Origin: Acidobacteriota bacterium
Lineage (GTDB): Bacteria; Acidobacteriota; Thermoanaerobaculia; UBA5066; Gp7-AA6
Length of the DNA: 64,000 bases
Reading direction: 5' to 3'
Assembly: GCA_039933215.1 (NCBI GenBank)
Contig: JBDTOO010000004.1
Span: forward strand, 5,844 to 69,843
Below are positions 1 to 10,429 of the stretch, one piece after another. The position numbers and the translations under genes were made by a program. Numbering within the stretch: position 1 is the stretch's first letter; every line of letters starts with the position of its first letter. The notes below the pieces were generated by a model that had not been told where the DNA came from, did not search any database, and was given only the letters and a program-made list of their open reading frames with translations.

Positions 1-996
1 GCCGGCAAGGGAACCTTCGTTTCCCGGCGGGACGCGGTGTCGAGCACGCGCAACACGCTCGCGCCATCTTCGTTGGTGACGTAGGCGAGCCGCTTGCCGT
101 CGCGCGAGAGGTCGAACCTCTCGACGTCCCAGGGGATCCGCGCCGTGAGGTCCGTCGTCTTTCCCGAAGCGAGGTCGATCGAGACGAGCCGCTGGAATTC
201 CGATCCTTTGTCGGTCGTCGCGTAGATCGACTTGCCGTCCGGGGCGAACAGCCCGTCGCCCCAGGCGACTTTCTCCGCGCCGGCGGCGCCGCGCGGCGTC
301 ACGGCCGTCTTCTCCCCCGTCGCGGGATCGAAGAGCCAGAGGTACGACTCGTTGACCGAGATGCCCTCGATGACGAGGATCTTCCGCCCGTCGGGCGACC
401 AGTCGAGCGGGCTCCATCCTCCTCCGGCGACTTCGGCGAACCGGCGATCGGAATCGGGCTTGCCCGGGTCCTGCACGTAGAGGTCGGAGTCCTGGCCGTT
501 GCGGCGCGTCGACGTATACGCGATGCGGTCGCCCTGCCAGGACCACAGACTGCCTCCGTTGCGCGACTTGCCGTCCGTCAGCAGCGTCACGGCTCCGGTC
601 GCGAGGTCGTAGCGGTACGTCTGGTAGAACTCACCGCCCCCGACGTCCTTCGAGAAGATGAAGAATCCGCGCGGCCTGGGCGGATAGGAGGCGCCGCCGA
701 CGCGATCCGGGAAGAACGTCAGCTGCCGCCGGGCTCCTCCCGGCAGCCGGAGGAGATGGATCTGCGGGGTGTCGCCGAAGCGCGTCGTAATGAGCATCTC
801 CCGGCGCTCGGGATCCCAGCTCGAAAAGGATGCGGTGCGGCTCTCGGCGTAGGGCCGGACGGCCTCCGCGATGGACGCCGGGATCTTCGGGATCCCCTCG
901 GCCACTAGGTTCTCGTTGGGAGCGACATCGCCCGACTGGGCGAGCGCCGCCGCCGCGGTGAGACACGCCGCGAGACAGATGGAAAGGGTTCGCATC
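1..996 (-). CDS. S9-family peptidase / TolB-like beta-propeller protein; N-terminal part only (ATG at 996-994), 3' end runs off the left edge
   Basis: My own minus-strand translation gives MRTLSICLAACLTAAAALAQ (signal peptide) followed by repeated WSPDG/FAPDGK beta-propeller blades, as in TolB or the S9 peptidase N-terminal domain. The supplied ORF track omits it because it is edge-truncated. Confidence 0.6.
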
Positions 997-1095
997 GGAC
1001 CTCCTCGGTTCGGGGGAATTCTAGTGCCGGCCGAAAATCGCCGCGGTTCACCCCCGATTCACGGAAATGCGGCTAAACTTCCTTTCACTCAACCC

Positions 1096-1833
1096 ATGGA
1101 TCTCGCCATCGTCTCGAAGGGCGCGGGGCGCCTCCGCCGGACTCTCGTCCGCGGGGTCGCGTTCGCGTTCCTGCTTCTCCCTTCCTACGCCCTCCTCGCC
1201 TACGTGCTGCTGCCTGCGGCCTGGCGGCTGCCGGCGAGCCGTCTCCTGGCGCCGCCCGCGGAGCGCGTCACGTTCACCGAAGAGGGCATCCCGTCCGATC
1301 CCCTGAACGTCGGGCTCGTCGGTTCCCGCACGGACGTCATCCTGGCGATGCGCCGGGCGGGATGGGTCGCGGCGGACCCGATCGGCTGGCGCTCCGGCAT
1401 CCGGGACGCTCACAGCGTCCTCTTCGGGCGGCCCTACGCGTCGGCGCCGATGAGCACCCAGTTTCTGTGGAACCGGCCGCAGGACCTCGCGTTCGAGAAG
1501 ACGGTCGGCGGGAGTCCCCGCCGCCGCCATCACGCGCGTCTCTGGAGGGCATCGCGGCCGCCGGAGGCCTCCGCCACCCTCTGGATCGGCGCCGCGACCT
1601 ACGACCTGAACGTGGGCGTCAGCCGCTACACCGGCGAGGTGATGCACCACATCGACCGGGACGTGGACGCCGAACGCGGCCGCCTGTTCTCCGATCTGGA
1701 CGGCGCGGGCGCGATCGCGGAGGTCGATCGCGTCGAGCGCTACCGGCCCGCGGGAACCGGCCGGAACGGCGCCGGGGACATCTACGAGTCCGACGGCGCC
1801 CTGCTCGTCGGAACGCTCGCCCCGGAGCGCTGA
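1096..1833 (+). CDS. membrane-anchored protein resembling the LssY C-terminal domain family
   Basis: ATG at 1096, chosen to avoid overlap with the divergent upstream gene. N-terminal TM helix (AFAFLLLPSYALLAYVLL) followed by a conserved soluble domain. Family assignment is from memory. Confidence 0.4.
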   Translation: MDLAIVSKGAGRLRRTLVRGVAFAFLLLPSYALLAYVLLPAAWRLPASRLLAPPAERVTFTEEGIPSDPLNVGLVGSRTDVILAMRRAGWVAADPIGWRSGIRDAHSVLFGRPYASAPMSTQFLWNRPQDLAFEKTVGGSPRRRHHARLWRASRPPEASATLWIGAATYDLNVGVSRYTGEVMHHIDRDVDAERGRLFSDLDGAGAIAEVDRVERYRPAGTGRNGAGDIYESDGALLVGTLAPER

Positions 1834-1837
1834 ACCC

Positions 1838-2037
1838 TAGCAGCCCGTGGAAAAATGGATGCGGGTGTCGCGTTCGGTCTTTTGCAATCGGCGAGAGGCC
1901 TCGACGGGATTCTCGTTCTGGAGGTGGGAGGAGTCATTTCTCCGCGTAACGCCGAGCAAAAGCCCGTCCGCCCTGCGGGTTGCGGCGGCGCGGGGCTCTC
2001 AACGCCATCCCACACCCTTTTTCCACGGGCTGCTAGT
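1838..2037. repeat. perfect 19-bp inverted repeat (ctagcagcccgtggaaaaa / tttttccacgggctgctag) flanking about 160 bp between convergent genes
   Basis: Arms read directly from the sequence at 1838-1856 and 2019-2037. Confidence 0.6.
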
Positions 2038-2575
2038 CGTCTTCGACGGCGGAGGAACGGAGGAAGTCCGCGAGGTCCCACGAACCGCCCGCGAACTGCA
2101 GGGTGAGCTGTCCGCGCTCGAAGATGGTCCGCTCGAGCGAGAAGTCCACGCCGGGCGGCATCCAGTCGTTCAGGTTCACGACCATGATCCGGTCCTCGGG
2201 GTAGTAGGTCAGGAGCCCCGGCGGAGCCTTCTGCACGAGGTAGTGGAGAAGGTGGTCCGGGATCGGGATGAAGGACAGCGCCTGCACCTTGTCGAGGACG
2301 AAGGCCAGAAATCCGTCCTTCAGACGAATCTGCGAAAGTGTCGCCTTCGCCGAGAGCGCCACGCCGAAGCGGTGCACGACGACCGTCGCCGCGAGCTCGC
2401 CCGGTGTCACGGCGATGCGCAGATCGTGGAGGTCCGGGATCCGATCGACGAGCCGCTGGACCAGAGCGTTCAGGGTTCGCTCATCGAAAATCAGAGAGAG
2501 GCCGCTCCACCGAATCCGGTACCCCGGTTCGGCGGGAGGCGGCGGAAGGGCCTCCGCCGTCGCGAGCTTTTCCAT
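2033..2575 (-). CDS. hypothetical protein (180 aa)
   Basis: Complete ORF with balanced, non-low-complexity composition. Located upstream of the ubiA-containing operon. Confidence 0.4.
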   Translation of the reverse strand: MEKLATAEALPPPPAEPGYRIRWSGLSLIFDERTLNALVQRLVDRIPDLHDLRIAVTPGELAATVVVHRFGVALSAKATLSQIRLKDGFLAFVLDKVQALSFIPIPDHLLHYLVQKAPPGLLTYYPEDRIMVVNLNDWMPPGVDFSLERTIFERGQLTLQFAGGSWDLADFLRSSAVEDD

Positions 2576-2631
2576 GTCCCTCTATTGTAACGCCGTTGGA
2601 CGATTCTTGAGAGATCCGCGGCTCCGCGCGG

Positions 2632-3603
2632 CTAGAAGACGTAGGCGAGCGCGAAGCCGACCTGGGCCGCCATCATCAGAAGATACATGTGCGTCCACGC
2701 GGGATGGTTCTCGGAGCGCGCGAGCTCGTCCGGATCGCGGACGAGAAGCCGCGCCGCGAAAGCGCCCCACAGAGCGAGGCCGAGGCCGAGCGCCGTCAGC
2801 AAGGAGCGGTTGCCGGTCAGAAGCGGCAACCCACCCTGAAGGGGTATCCAGGCGAACAGGGGGATGAGAAGCCACGGCAGGACGAAGAACGGCGCGATCA
2901 TCCAGACCGCGCGGCGGACCCCGAAGCGGATCGGGAGAGTGATGCATCCGTGCGCGCGGTCGCCCGCCATGTCCGAGAAGTCCTTGGTGGACACGGCTCC
3001 CAGCAGAAAGAGCGCGAAGATCCCGCCGATCGCCCACGCCTCGAGGGCCGCGACACTCGCGATGAATGCCCATCCGGCGACCTTAAGAAGACCGCCGCGC
3101 GGAATCGCGATCGTGAGGTTCGCGGCGAGCCAGTGGCGCTTCGTGCGCCCGAGCGCCGGAAAGGAATAGACGAGCGTCGCGAGCGCGCCCAGGCAGTAGA
3201 TGAAGAACGCGGCGTGCAGATGAAGGGGCGCCGCGAGGCGGTCGGCGAGGCGGCTGTAGGGGTACGGAACGACGATCCACACGGGAAGGATCGCGAGCGC
3301 GTACAGGGCGATCGCGGCCCGCCATGCGGCGGCAATCGAGATCTCGCCCGTGACGAGCGGCCGACCCGGCTTGTTCGTCCGGTCGATCTCGAGGTCCGCG
3401 ATCTGGTTGACGACGTTCGACGCCGCGTTCATCGCGGACGCGCACATCGAGCCGACCGCGACCGTGAGAATCACGGCCCACGTCACGCGACGGGACGGAT
3501 CGGGGTTGTGGGCCGACCCGAAGGCGCAGACCGCGCCCGAGATGATCCCGAGGAGCGGCGGAACCAGCGTGAACGGCCGGGAGAGGCGGATGTAGCGCTT
3601 CAA
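2632..3603 (-). CDS. UbiA-family aromatic/polyprenyl prenyltransferase
   Basis: About 9 predicted TM helices. Asp-rich motif NQIADLEIDRTNKPGRPL is characteristic of the UbiA superfamily. Confidence 0.8.
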   Translation of the reverse strand: MKRYIRLSRPFTLVPPLLGIISGAVCAFGSAHNPDPSRRVTWAVILTVAVGSMCASAMNAASNVVNQIADLEIDRTNKPGRPLVTGEISIAAAWRAAIALYALAILPVWIVVPYPYSRLADRLAAPLHLHAAFFIYCLGALATLVYSFPALGRTKRHWLAANLTIAIPRGGLLKVAGWAFIASVAALEAWAIGGIFALFLLGAVSTKDFSDMAGDRAHGCITLPIRFGVRRAVWMIAPFFVLPWLLIPLFAWIPLQGGLPLLTGNRSLLTALGLGLALWGAFAARLLVRDPDELARSENHPAWTHMYLLMMAAQVGFALAYVF

Positions 3604-3619
3604 GAGGAGGGTCGGTCCG

Positions 3620-4981
3620 TCACGTCTCGAACGGGAGGTACAGTGCGCCCTTCGCGAGCGACAGGGTGATCTCGGCGGCGGCGGCCGCGCCGATGAACGT
3701 GTTCAGGGCGTTCGCGAACTCGTGGTCGAGGCGGAAGCCGCGCCGGGCTCCGATGCCGGCGAGGAGGCTCTCGCCGAGCGAACCGGCGACTCCTGCGGCG
3801 ATCACGACGACGATTAGGCCCGCGGGGATCATCCCGACGCCCCAGGCGATCGCCGCGAGCGCGGCGGCGCCCGCCGCTCCGGCGATCGTTCCGGGCCAGG
3901 AAACGGCCCCGGGAGTTCCCGCCGGCACGCGCGCGAACGAGACGAGGGAGACCGGCCGGCGTCCGAGGAGCGAACCGACCTCGGTGCCGAGAGTGTCCGC
4001 GAGCGCGGCGGCGAAGCTCGCCGTCACCGCCGCGAGCACGGCGTCCGGAACGGAGGGCATCCGGGGAGCCGCCACCGCGAGGATCGCCGCCGCGACGCCG
4101 CAGTTGGCCGCGACATGCCGGGCTCCGCGCCGGCCTCCGTCCGCCTGCGCGACGCCCCGCGCGGCCTTGGCCCGGTAGCCGAGCCGGGTCGCCGCGGTGC
4201 CGAGCAGGAAGAACGCCCAGAGAATCGCATAAGGCCGCCATCCGCCGAGCGCCAGGATCAGCGTCCCGAAGACGAAGCCCGCGACGACACCGGAGCGGGA
4301 GACGACCCCGAGCCCTCCGAGGAGAAGCGCCACGGCCAGATTCACGCCGAGAGCCACGACGACGGCCCGGAGGAAGTCCCGGGAGCCCGCAAGGTCCGCC
4401 CATGCGCCCGGTCCGACGGCGAGGAGGCCCCACAGGACGAGCGCGCCGGCGACCGGCGCCACGAGGTTGTCCTCGACGCCGGTCGAGAGGGACTCGGCGA
4501 ACGCGAACGCCGCGGCGCCGGCGACGATCGCCCCGGCCGCACCCATCGGGAGAGCCCCCGCGACGAACCGGAAGGCGAAGAGAGCCGCGATGCCGCCCCC
4601 GGCGAAGTTCGCGAGGACGCCGCTCCAGCTCTTCCGCCGGTTCCACGGAAGCCCCCGCCCGGGAAAAGCGCGCCCGGCGATCGCCGCCGCGGGATCGCCG
4701 ATCGCCAGCATCGCCCAGACCGCCGCCGCAATTTCGAGATGCCGGCGAAAGAGCAGGACGAGAAGAAGGACCACGGCAGCGTACGAGACGATCCCCGCGT
4801 CGCGCGCGCCCGAGCGGTCGCGGTAGATCCCGCGCCCGATGCGGGGCATCGCGAACAGATTGAAGAGGAGCGCGGAGAGAGCCAGGAAGGCGGCGCCCCT
4901 CCCGTCGAGAAAGCGCAGCGTGAGAGCGAAGAGGCCCATCCCGGCGTGGACCGCCTTGCGCTTCCCGTCGGGGGACGTCAC
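3620..4981 (-). CDS. membrane protein: N-terminal CTP-dependent polyprenol (dolichol/phytol) kinase-like domain fused to a DUF92 (TMEM19-like) domain
   Basis: N-terminus carries a GDxxAxxxG-type motif (AIGDPAAAIAGRAF) typical of the cytidylyltransferase/dolichol-kinase family. C-terminus (ADTLGTEVGS ... HEFANALNTFIGA) is DUF92-like. The start lies 1 nt after the rfbD stop. Confidence 0.5.
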   Translation of the reverse strand: MTSPDGKRKAVHAGMGLFALTLRFLDGRGAAFLALSALLFNLFAMPRIGRGIYRDRSGARDAGIVSYAAVVLLLVLLFRRHLEIAAAVWAMLAIGDPAAAIAGRAFPGRGLPWNRRKSWSGVLANFAGGGIAALFAFRFVAGALPMGAAGAIVAGAAAFAFAESLSTGVEDNLVAPVAGALVLWGLLAVGPGAWADLAGSRDFLRAVVVALGVNLAVALLLGGLGVVSRSGVVAGFVFGTLILALGGWRPYAILWAFFLLGTAATRLGYRAKAARGVAQADGGRRGARHVAANCGVAAAILAVAAPRMPSVPDAVLAAVTASFAAALADTLGTEVGSLLGRRPVSLVSFARVPAGTPGAVSWPGTIAGAAGAAALAAIAWGVGMIPAGLIVVVIAAGVAGSLGESLLAGIGARRGFRLDHEFANALNTFIGAAAAAEITLSLAKGALYLPFET

Positions 4982-4982
4982 C

Positions 4983-5870
4983 TCACGCCTCCGGCCGCGA
5001 GCGAAGCGCGAGATATTCGGCGAGGGCGTCCTGCCACGACCGGATCGGAAGCGCCGTGCGCTTCTCGTAGAGCGTCGTGTCGAGAGCGGAATAGGCCGGG
5101 CGCTTCGCGGGCCGCGCGAGGGTCTCCGAATCGATCGGCCGGACCGTGACGTCCTCGCGGCCCGCGAGGGAGAGGATCTCGCGCGCGAACTCGAGCCAGG
5201 TCGTCTCTCCCCGGTTGGCGAAGTGGAACACGCCCGTCGCGCCCGAATGCAGCAGCGCCACGATCGCCTCCGCGAGGTCCGGGGTGGCGGTGGGGCGGCC
5301 GCGCTGGTCGCGGACGACCTCGAGCTTGGATCGACCCTGGTCCACCTGCTTCAGAATCGCCTCGACGAAGTTCCATCCGCCGCGGCCGAAAAGCCATGAG
5401 CTCCGCACGACGAGAGCGTTCGGAAGCGAGAGCGCCGCCTCCTCCCCGCGCCTCTTCGTCCGCCCGTACTCGGAAAGGGGCCGGGGCTCGTCGTCCTCCG
5501 TGTACGGCGTTTCCTTTGCCCCGTCGAACACGAAATCGGTCGAAACCTGGATCAGCGAAGCGCCGTGGATCGCGCACTCCCGGGCCAGGTTCGCCGGGCC
5601 GAGAGCGTTGACCTCCTCGGCGCGCGGGTCGGTCTCGCAGGCGTCGACGCGCGTGAAGGCGGCGCAGTTCACGACGGCCTCGGGGCGCGTCTCCCGGAAT
5701 GCCCGCCCCACGGCCGCCGGATCCCTTACGTCGAGATCCGATCGGGGTCGGGCGAAGACCTCGTAACCGGCGCGGGCCAGCGCCGGGGAGAGGTCGAAGG
5801 CGAGCATCCCGCCGGCGCCCGTGACGAGGACCCGGCGCGGCGTGGCGAGCGAAGGCTGCCGCGAGGGCAA
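4983..5870 (-). CDS. rfbD: dTDP-4-dehydrorhamnose reductase (RmlD); start uncertain (TTG at 5870 or nearby)
   Basis: VLVTGAGGMLA Rossmann motif. The catalytic-region block STDFVFDG...PYTEDDEPRPLSEYGRTK and the C-terminal region are RmlD-like. The in-frame ATG would cut the Rossmann fold, so a TTG upstream of it is proposed as the start. Confidence 0.8.
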   Translation of the reverse strand: MPSRQPSLATPRRVLVTGAGGMLAFDLSPALARAGYEVFARPRSDLDVRDPAAVGRAFRETRPEAVVNCAAFTRVDACETDPRAEEVNALGPANLARECAIHGASLIQVSTDFVFDGAKETPYTEDDEPRPLSEYGRTKRRGEEAALSLPNALVVRSSWLFGRGGWNFVEAILKQVDQGRSKLEVVRDQRGRPTATPDLAEAIVALLHSGATGVFHFANRGETTWLEFAREILSLAGREDVTVRPIDSETLARPAKRPAYSALDTTLYEKRTALPIRSWQDALAEYLALRSRPEA

Positions 5871-5914
5871 CGCCTCGGAGACTGGGGCCGCCGCGGGCGC
5901 CGAGCTCAGATTGC

Positions 5915-6967
5915 TTATCTCCGCGTCGCCGGCTCTTTCGCCGTCGCGGACGACGTCGCGAGGCGCTGCTCGTACTGGGTGCGGTAGTACTCCCGGTAGG
6001 CGGCATCCTTTTCCTTCACGGGGCGCCACCAGTCTTCCCGGTCGCGATACCACGCCACGGTTTCCGAGAGCCCCCGAGCGAAGGGGGTGGAGCTTCGAAA
6101 ACCCAGCCGGGCGAGCTTCGACGCGTCGAGCGAGTACCGGCGGTCGTGTCCCGGCCGGTCGTTGACGAACCGGATGAGCGACTCGGGCTTGCCGAGCTCC
6201 CGCAGGACCTGTTTCGTGATCTCGATGTTCTCCGCCTCGTTGCCTCCGGCGACGTTGTAGACCTCGCCCGGCTGCCCGGCGTCGAGCAGGAAGTCGATCG
6301 CCGCGGCGTGGTCCCGGACGTAAAGCCAGTCGCGGATGTTGCGGCCGTCGCCATAGAGCGGGAGCTCCCGGTCGTCGATGGCGTTCGTCACGAAGAGCGG
6401 GATCAGCTTCTCCGGGTACTGGTACGGGCCGTAGTTGTTGGACGCGCGCGTGATCAGGACCGGGAGGTCGTACGAGGCCCAGTAGGAGTACGCGAGCCGG
6501 TCGCCACCGGCCTTCGACGCCGAGTACGGATTGCGCGGATTGAGCGCGGACTCCTCGGTGAAGGAGCCCTCCGCGATCGAGCCGTAGACCTCGTCCGTCG
6601 AGATCTGAATGAAGCGCCGGACGCCTCGCCGCTTCGCCTCTTCGAGAAGCACGAAGACGCCGCGCACGTCCGTCTCGATGAAGGAGGCGTCGCCGAGGAG
6701 CGAGCGGTCCACGTGCGTCTCCGCCGCGAAATTGACGACGTCCGTGCACCCCTCCATCGCGACGCGGACCACGTCGGGATCCGCGATGTCTCCGCGAACG
6801 AATCTGTAGTTGGGAAGGTGCTCGACGTCCGCGAGGTTCGCGGGATTCGCAGCGTAGGTGAGCTTGTCGAGGTTGACGACGGAGACGCCGTCTCCCCGCG
6901 ATTCCAGAATCTGCCGAATGAAGTTCGAGCCGATGAATCCGCTGCCGCCCGTGACGAGAACCTTCAT
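5915..6967 (-). CDS. rfbB: dTDP-glucose 4,6-dehydratase
   Basis: MKVLVTGGSGFIGSNF, the YSASKAG catalytic motif, and 350 aa with full-length similarity to RmlB. Confidence 0.9.
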   Translation of the reverse strand: MKVLVTGGSGFIGSNFIRQILESRGDGVSVVNLDKLTYAANPANLADVEHLPNYRFVRGDIADPDVVRVAMEGCTDVVNFAAETHVDRSLLGDASFIETDVRGVFVLLEEAKRRGVRRFIQISTDEVYGSIAEGSFTEESALNPRNPYSASKAGGDRLAYSYWASYDLPVLITRASNNYGPYQYPEKLIPLFVTNAIDDRELPLYGDGRNIRDWLYVRDHAAAIDFLLDAGQPGEVYNVAGGNEAENIEITKQVLRELGKPESLIRFVNDRPGHDRRYSLDASKLARLGFRSSTPFARGLSETVAWYRDREDWWRPVKEKDAAYREYYRTQYEQRLATSSATAKEPATRR

Positions 6968-8028
6968 ACGATTCCGATCTCCGAGTTGTCGCCGATCAGG
7001 AAGCGATGCACCCTCGGCCGCTCCGCGCCGGGGTGGATGCGCACGTTGGTTCCGATGAGCGAGTCCGCGATCCGTCCAGGGATCCGTTCGAGCTTCGAGC
7101 CCCGAAGGACGATGGAGTTCTCGATCTCGCAGCCCTCGACGACGCAGTCCGGCCCGATCGCCGTGTAGGGACCCACGAAGGCGTCCCGGATCTCGGAGCC
7201 GGCGCCGATGATGGCCGGGCCGCGAACGATGCTCCGAACGAGGCGCGCGCCCTCTTCGACGACGACCTTTCCCTCGATGCGGCAGCCGGAATCGATTCCG
7301 TCGAGCCCGCCGCGCTCGAACGTGTCGAGGATGATTCGGTTTGCCTCGAGCATGTCTTCGATCTTCCCGGTGTCCTTCCACCATCCCGAAACGAGGTGCG
7401 GGTGGACGGACTTGCCGTGGTCGATCAGCCACTGGATGGCGTCGGTGATCTCGAGCTCGTTGCGCGGGCTCGGACGGATCGCCTTCACGGCTTCCCAGAT
7501 CGTGTCGTCGAACATGTAGACGCCGACGAGCGCGAGGTCGGACTTCGGCTCCTTCGGCTTCTCCGTCAGACGGAAGACGCGCCCGTCGTCGAGCTCCGCC
7601 ACGCCGAATTGCTCCGGGTTCGGCACCCGGGCGAGAAGGATCTGGGAGTTGCAACCGATCCGCTGGTATTCCGCCACGAGGCTCGAGATGCCGTCGGCGA
7701 TCAAGTTGTCGCCGAGGTACATGACGAAGGGCTCTCCCCGGAGGAAGGACTCCGAGATCAGGACGGCGTGGGCGAGTCCCCGGGGGGCGTCCTGCTCGAT
7801 GTACGTGAACTTCGCCCCGAACCGGGAGCCGTCGCCGAGCGCGGCCTGGATCTCGTCCCGCGTGTCGCCGACCACCACGCCGATCTCCCGGATCCCGGCG
7901 GCGACGATCGCCTCGACCCCGTAGAACAGGACGGGCTTGTTCGCGACCGGAACGAGCTGCTTGGCGCGCGTATAGGTCAGGGGGCGCAGACGGGTGCCCT
8001 TGCCTCCCGACAGGATCAGTCCTTTCAT
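6964..8028 (-). CDS. rmlA: glucose-1-phosphate thymidylyltransferase (long form)
   Basis: MKGLILSGGKGTRLRPLT nucleotidyltransferase motif plus a C-terminal left-handed beta-helix. ATGA overlap with rfbB. Confidence 0.85.
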   Translation of the reverse strand: MKGLILSGGKGTRLRPLTYTRAKQLVPVANKPVLFYGVEAIVAAGIREIGVVVGDTRDEIQAALGDGSRFGAKFTYIEQDAPRGLAHAVLISESFLRGEPFVMYLGDNLIADGISSLVAEYQRIGCNSQILLARVPNPEQFGVAELDDGRVFRLTEKPKEPKSDLALVGVYMFDDTIWEAVKAIRPSPRNELEITDAIQWLIDHGKSVHPHLVSGWWKDTGKIEDMLEANRIILDTFERGGLDGIDSGCRIEGKVVVEEGARLVRSIVRGPAIIGAGSEIRDAFVGPYTAIGPDCVVEGCEIENSIVLRGSKLERIPGRIADSLIGTNVRIHPGAERPRVHRFLIGDNSEIGIV

Positions 8029-8065
8029 TGGGGGGCGATCATAACGAAGACGGCCGCCGCGCGAT

Positions 8066-10429
8066 TCAAGGCCCGAAGATGCGATCCACGGACTGGTGGA
8101 TGTCGAACAGCGTTCCGATGTCCTTCAGGTTGACCACGATCCGGAGGTCCCGGCGGGGAGACGGAGGAAGACGCAGCTGCCGGAGCTCGACGAACACCGT
8201 GAAACACGAGCCTCGGTAGGTGACGAGCGAACGGTCCTCGAGCAGGAGCTTCTGGCGGGCGTCGTAGTTCAGCTGCGTCTCGACGCGGAACGCCTTCGAG
8301 AGATCGGCGCCCGCGGAGACGCGAAACTGGTCGGAACCGGGAGAGGGGCTTCCCGGGGGAAGCGGTGCGGCGAGGATGGGTCGGCTCGCGAACCAGGTCG
8401 CGTTCACGAACGACAGCTTGTGGCTCCAGGACGCGGAGAGCGAGGTGCCGGTCACCTGCGAGGCCTCGGTGTCGTAGGACAGTCTCCCGTCCAGGTGAAA
8501 GCCGGCGTCGGGGACGAGCCGCAGCGTCGCCTCCACGGGTCCCTTCTTCGACACCGTGGTCTGAAACGTCGTCGCGCTCGAGAGCAGGTTCTGCGGCAGC
8601 GTGAACGCCCGGGTCTGCCCGATCTCGAGGGAGGCGATCTCCACCGCGCCGCCCGCCTTCGGGTCGGCCGGCCGCGCGAGGAGCCGGTTGACGAGCGCGT
8701 ATCGCACCTGGTTCTGCCCGAGCTGGAGGTCCACCTCGTCGTACTCGGGAATGCGCTCCGGGTCGGCGACGTCGGAGACGTAGGAGTACTCGACCCGGGG
8801 CTCGATGATGTGCTTGAACTTCGCGAACGGGCCGATCGCCGCGTCGTAGATGCGCGAGAACGATGGCCCGACGATGGAGAGGCCGGCCTCGCCGTATTCG
8901 CGGCTGAGGGAATGCCCCGTGAAGACCGTCTGCGCGGAATCCGTCGAGTCCGTGTACTCCGTGAAGCGGCCTCCCACTTTCGCCGTTGCCGAGAGCCAGG
9001 GGATCCGCTTCCAGGGTAGCGAGAGAACCGGATGGACGTCGGCACGCGCGTAGTCGCCTCGCGGGAGGTTCGGACCGCGATCCATGTAGAGCCAGGAGAG
9101 TGAGGACTCCGCCGAGAAGAACAGGGGCGTGTTTCCGACGGGCGACGTGCGGCGGGAGTACTCGAGGCTCGGCAGACGCTCCTGCGTCACACGCGTTCCG
9201 AAGAACGTCTCGCTTCGCTCGAACCGAAGGTTGATCGAGTCGTCGCCGAAGTTCTTCGTCAGGAACGCCCGGGACAGGATCTGGCGCGCGGACGTCAGCG
9301 CGAACGACCGCTCGAAATCCTGAAGGTACTGGTCGTCGGAGTAGTCGCGGATCGCCACGACGCCTCGGAAGCCGAACGGCAGGTCGTCCGCGACGTGATC
9401 GAGACGGACTTTCCAGCGTGTGAGGGTCTTCCGGACGAAGATGCCCGGCCCACCGTTCGGGAGCGTGCAGGCGCCCTCCCCGCCGACGGGGTTGTCGAAG
9501 ATCGACACGCAGACCGTCGCGTCGGTGTCGCGGACCACGTACCCCTGAAACACGCCGGCGGACTCGGGGGTCGGCGTCCAGCGGAGCTCCTCGCCGAGCC
9601 CGATGGTTCCCCGCGAGTAGAGGTCGAGATTCGAGGTCAGGTCCGTCGACCGCCCGCTGACCCAGTAGTGCGTCAGGCCGACGTAGGCCCCTCGCCCGGA
9701 GCTGAAGCCGAGACCAGGCACGAGGAAGCCCGTCGCGCGGTCTTCCTTGGTCGGCCACACCAGATAGGGCGAGTAGAGAAGGGGCAGCGAACGCGCGCGG
9801 AAGGAGACGTTCTTCATCCGCGCGTAGTCGTCGAGCGTCACGACCGCCTCGGACATGCGGAAGGACCAGTCCGGCTTCGGCACGTCGCAGGCGGTGAAGA
9901 CCCCATCGCGGATGCGGTAGGTCGCCTCGCCGATCTTCTCGATCGATTTGGCGATGACGTGGTACGTGGGCGCGAGATCGGCCGTCGCGTTGTCGATCGT
10001 CCCGGTCTTCGCCTCGAGCGAGAATGTCGCGTGGTCTCCCGCGAGGCGCGTCGGCCCCTGGTCGATGACGACGTGGCCATCGAGCGTCGCCGTCTTCGTC
10101 GGGAAGTCGTAGTGCGCGGCGTCGGCGCGGATTTTGACGTCCTGGTACTCGATCAGGACCTCGTCCGACCCGTCCCATGAAACGTCCTTCTCGTAGCGCA
10201 CGGGCTTCTTCGTGTAGAGCCGGACTTCGTCTCCCTTCTGGGGGACGCGGAAGCGGATCTGGAAATTCGGCTTGGCCTTGAACTGACCCTCGAAGGGATC
10301 CGAAGCGCCGAACGGATCCTGGGCGGATGCGAGAGCGCCCGCGAGCCATGCGGCGGCCGCGAAGAGGACCGCCCGGCAAAGAAAGGCCTCGGGCGTCCGG
10401 CCGCGGGCGAGCCCGGCGGGACGCTTCAC
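8066..10429 (-). CDS. lptD: LPS-assembly outer-membrane protein LptD (OstA family)
   Basis: 787 aa with a signal peptide, an OstA-like N-terminal domain and a large beta-barrel. Overall resemblance to LptD. Confidence 0.75.
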   Translation of the reverse strand: MKRPAGLARGRTPEAFLCRAVLFAAAAWLAGALASAQDPFGASDPFEGQFKAKPNFQIRFRVPQKGDEVRLYTKKPVRYEKDVSWDGSDEVLIEYQDVKIRADAAHYDFPTKTATLDGHVVIDQGPTRLAGDHATFSLEAKTGTIDNATADLAPTYHVIAKSIEKIGEATYRIRDGVFTACDVPKPDWSFRMSEAVVTLDDYARMKNVSFRARSLPLLYSPYLVWPTKEDRATGFLVPGLGFSSGRGAYVGLTHYWVSGRSTDLTSNLDLYSRGTIGLGEELRWTPTPESAGVFQGYVVRDTDATVCVSIFDNPVGGEGACTLPNGGPGIFVRKTLTRWKVRLDHVADDLPFGFRGVVAIRDYSDDQYLQDFERSFALTSARQILSRAFLTKNFGDDSINLRFERSETFFGTRVTQERLPSLEYSRRTSPVGNTPLFFSAESSLSWLYMDRGPNLPRGDYARADVHPVLSLPWKRIPWLSATAKVGGRFTEYTDSTDSAQTVFTGHSLSREYGEAGLSIVGPSFSRIYDAAIGPFAKFKHIIEPRVEYSYVSDVADPERIPEYDEVDLQLGQNQVRYALVNRLLARPADPKAGGAVEIASLEIGQTRAFTLPQNLLSSATTFQTTVSKKGPVEATLRLVPDAGFHLDGRLSYDTEASQVTGTSLSASWSHKLSFVNATWFASRPILAAPLPPGSPSPGSDQFRVSAGADLSKAFRVETQLNYDARQKLLLEDRSLVTYRGSCFTVFVELRQLRLPPSPRRDLRIVVNLKDIGTLFDIHQSVDRIFGP

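Noticed and set aside
3600-4646. 348-aa minus-strand ORF and several 100 to 450-aa ORFs overlapping the DUF92/UbiA genes
   Set aside because: Off-frame Arg-rich translations. The overlapping called genes carry clear TM/motif signatures.
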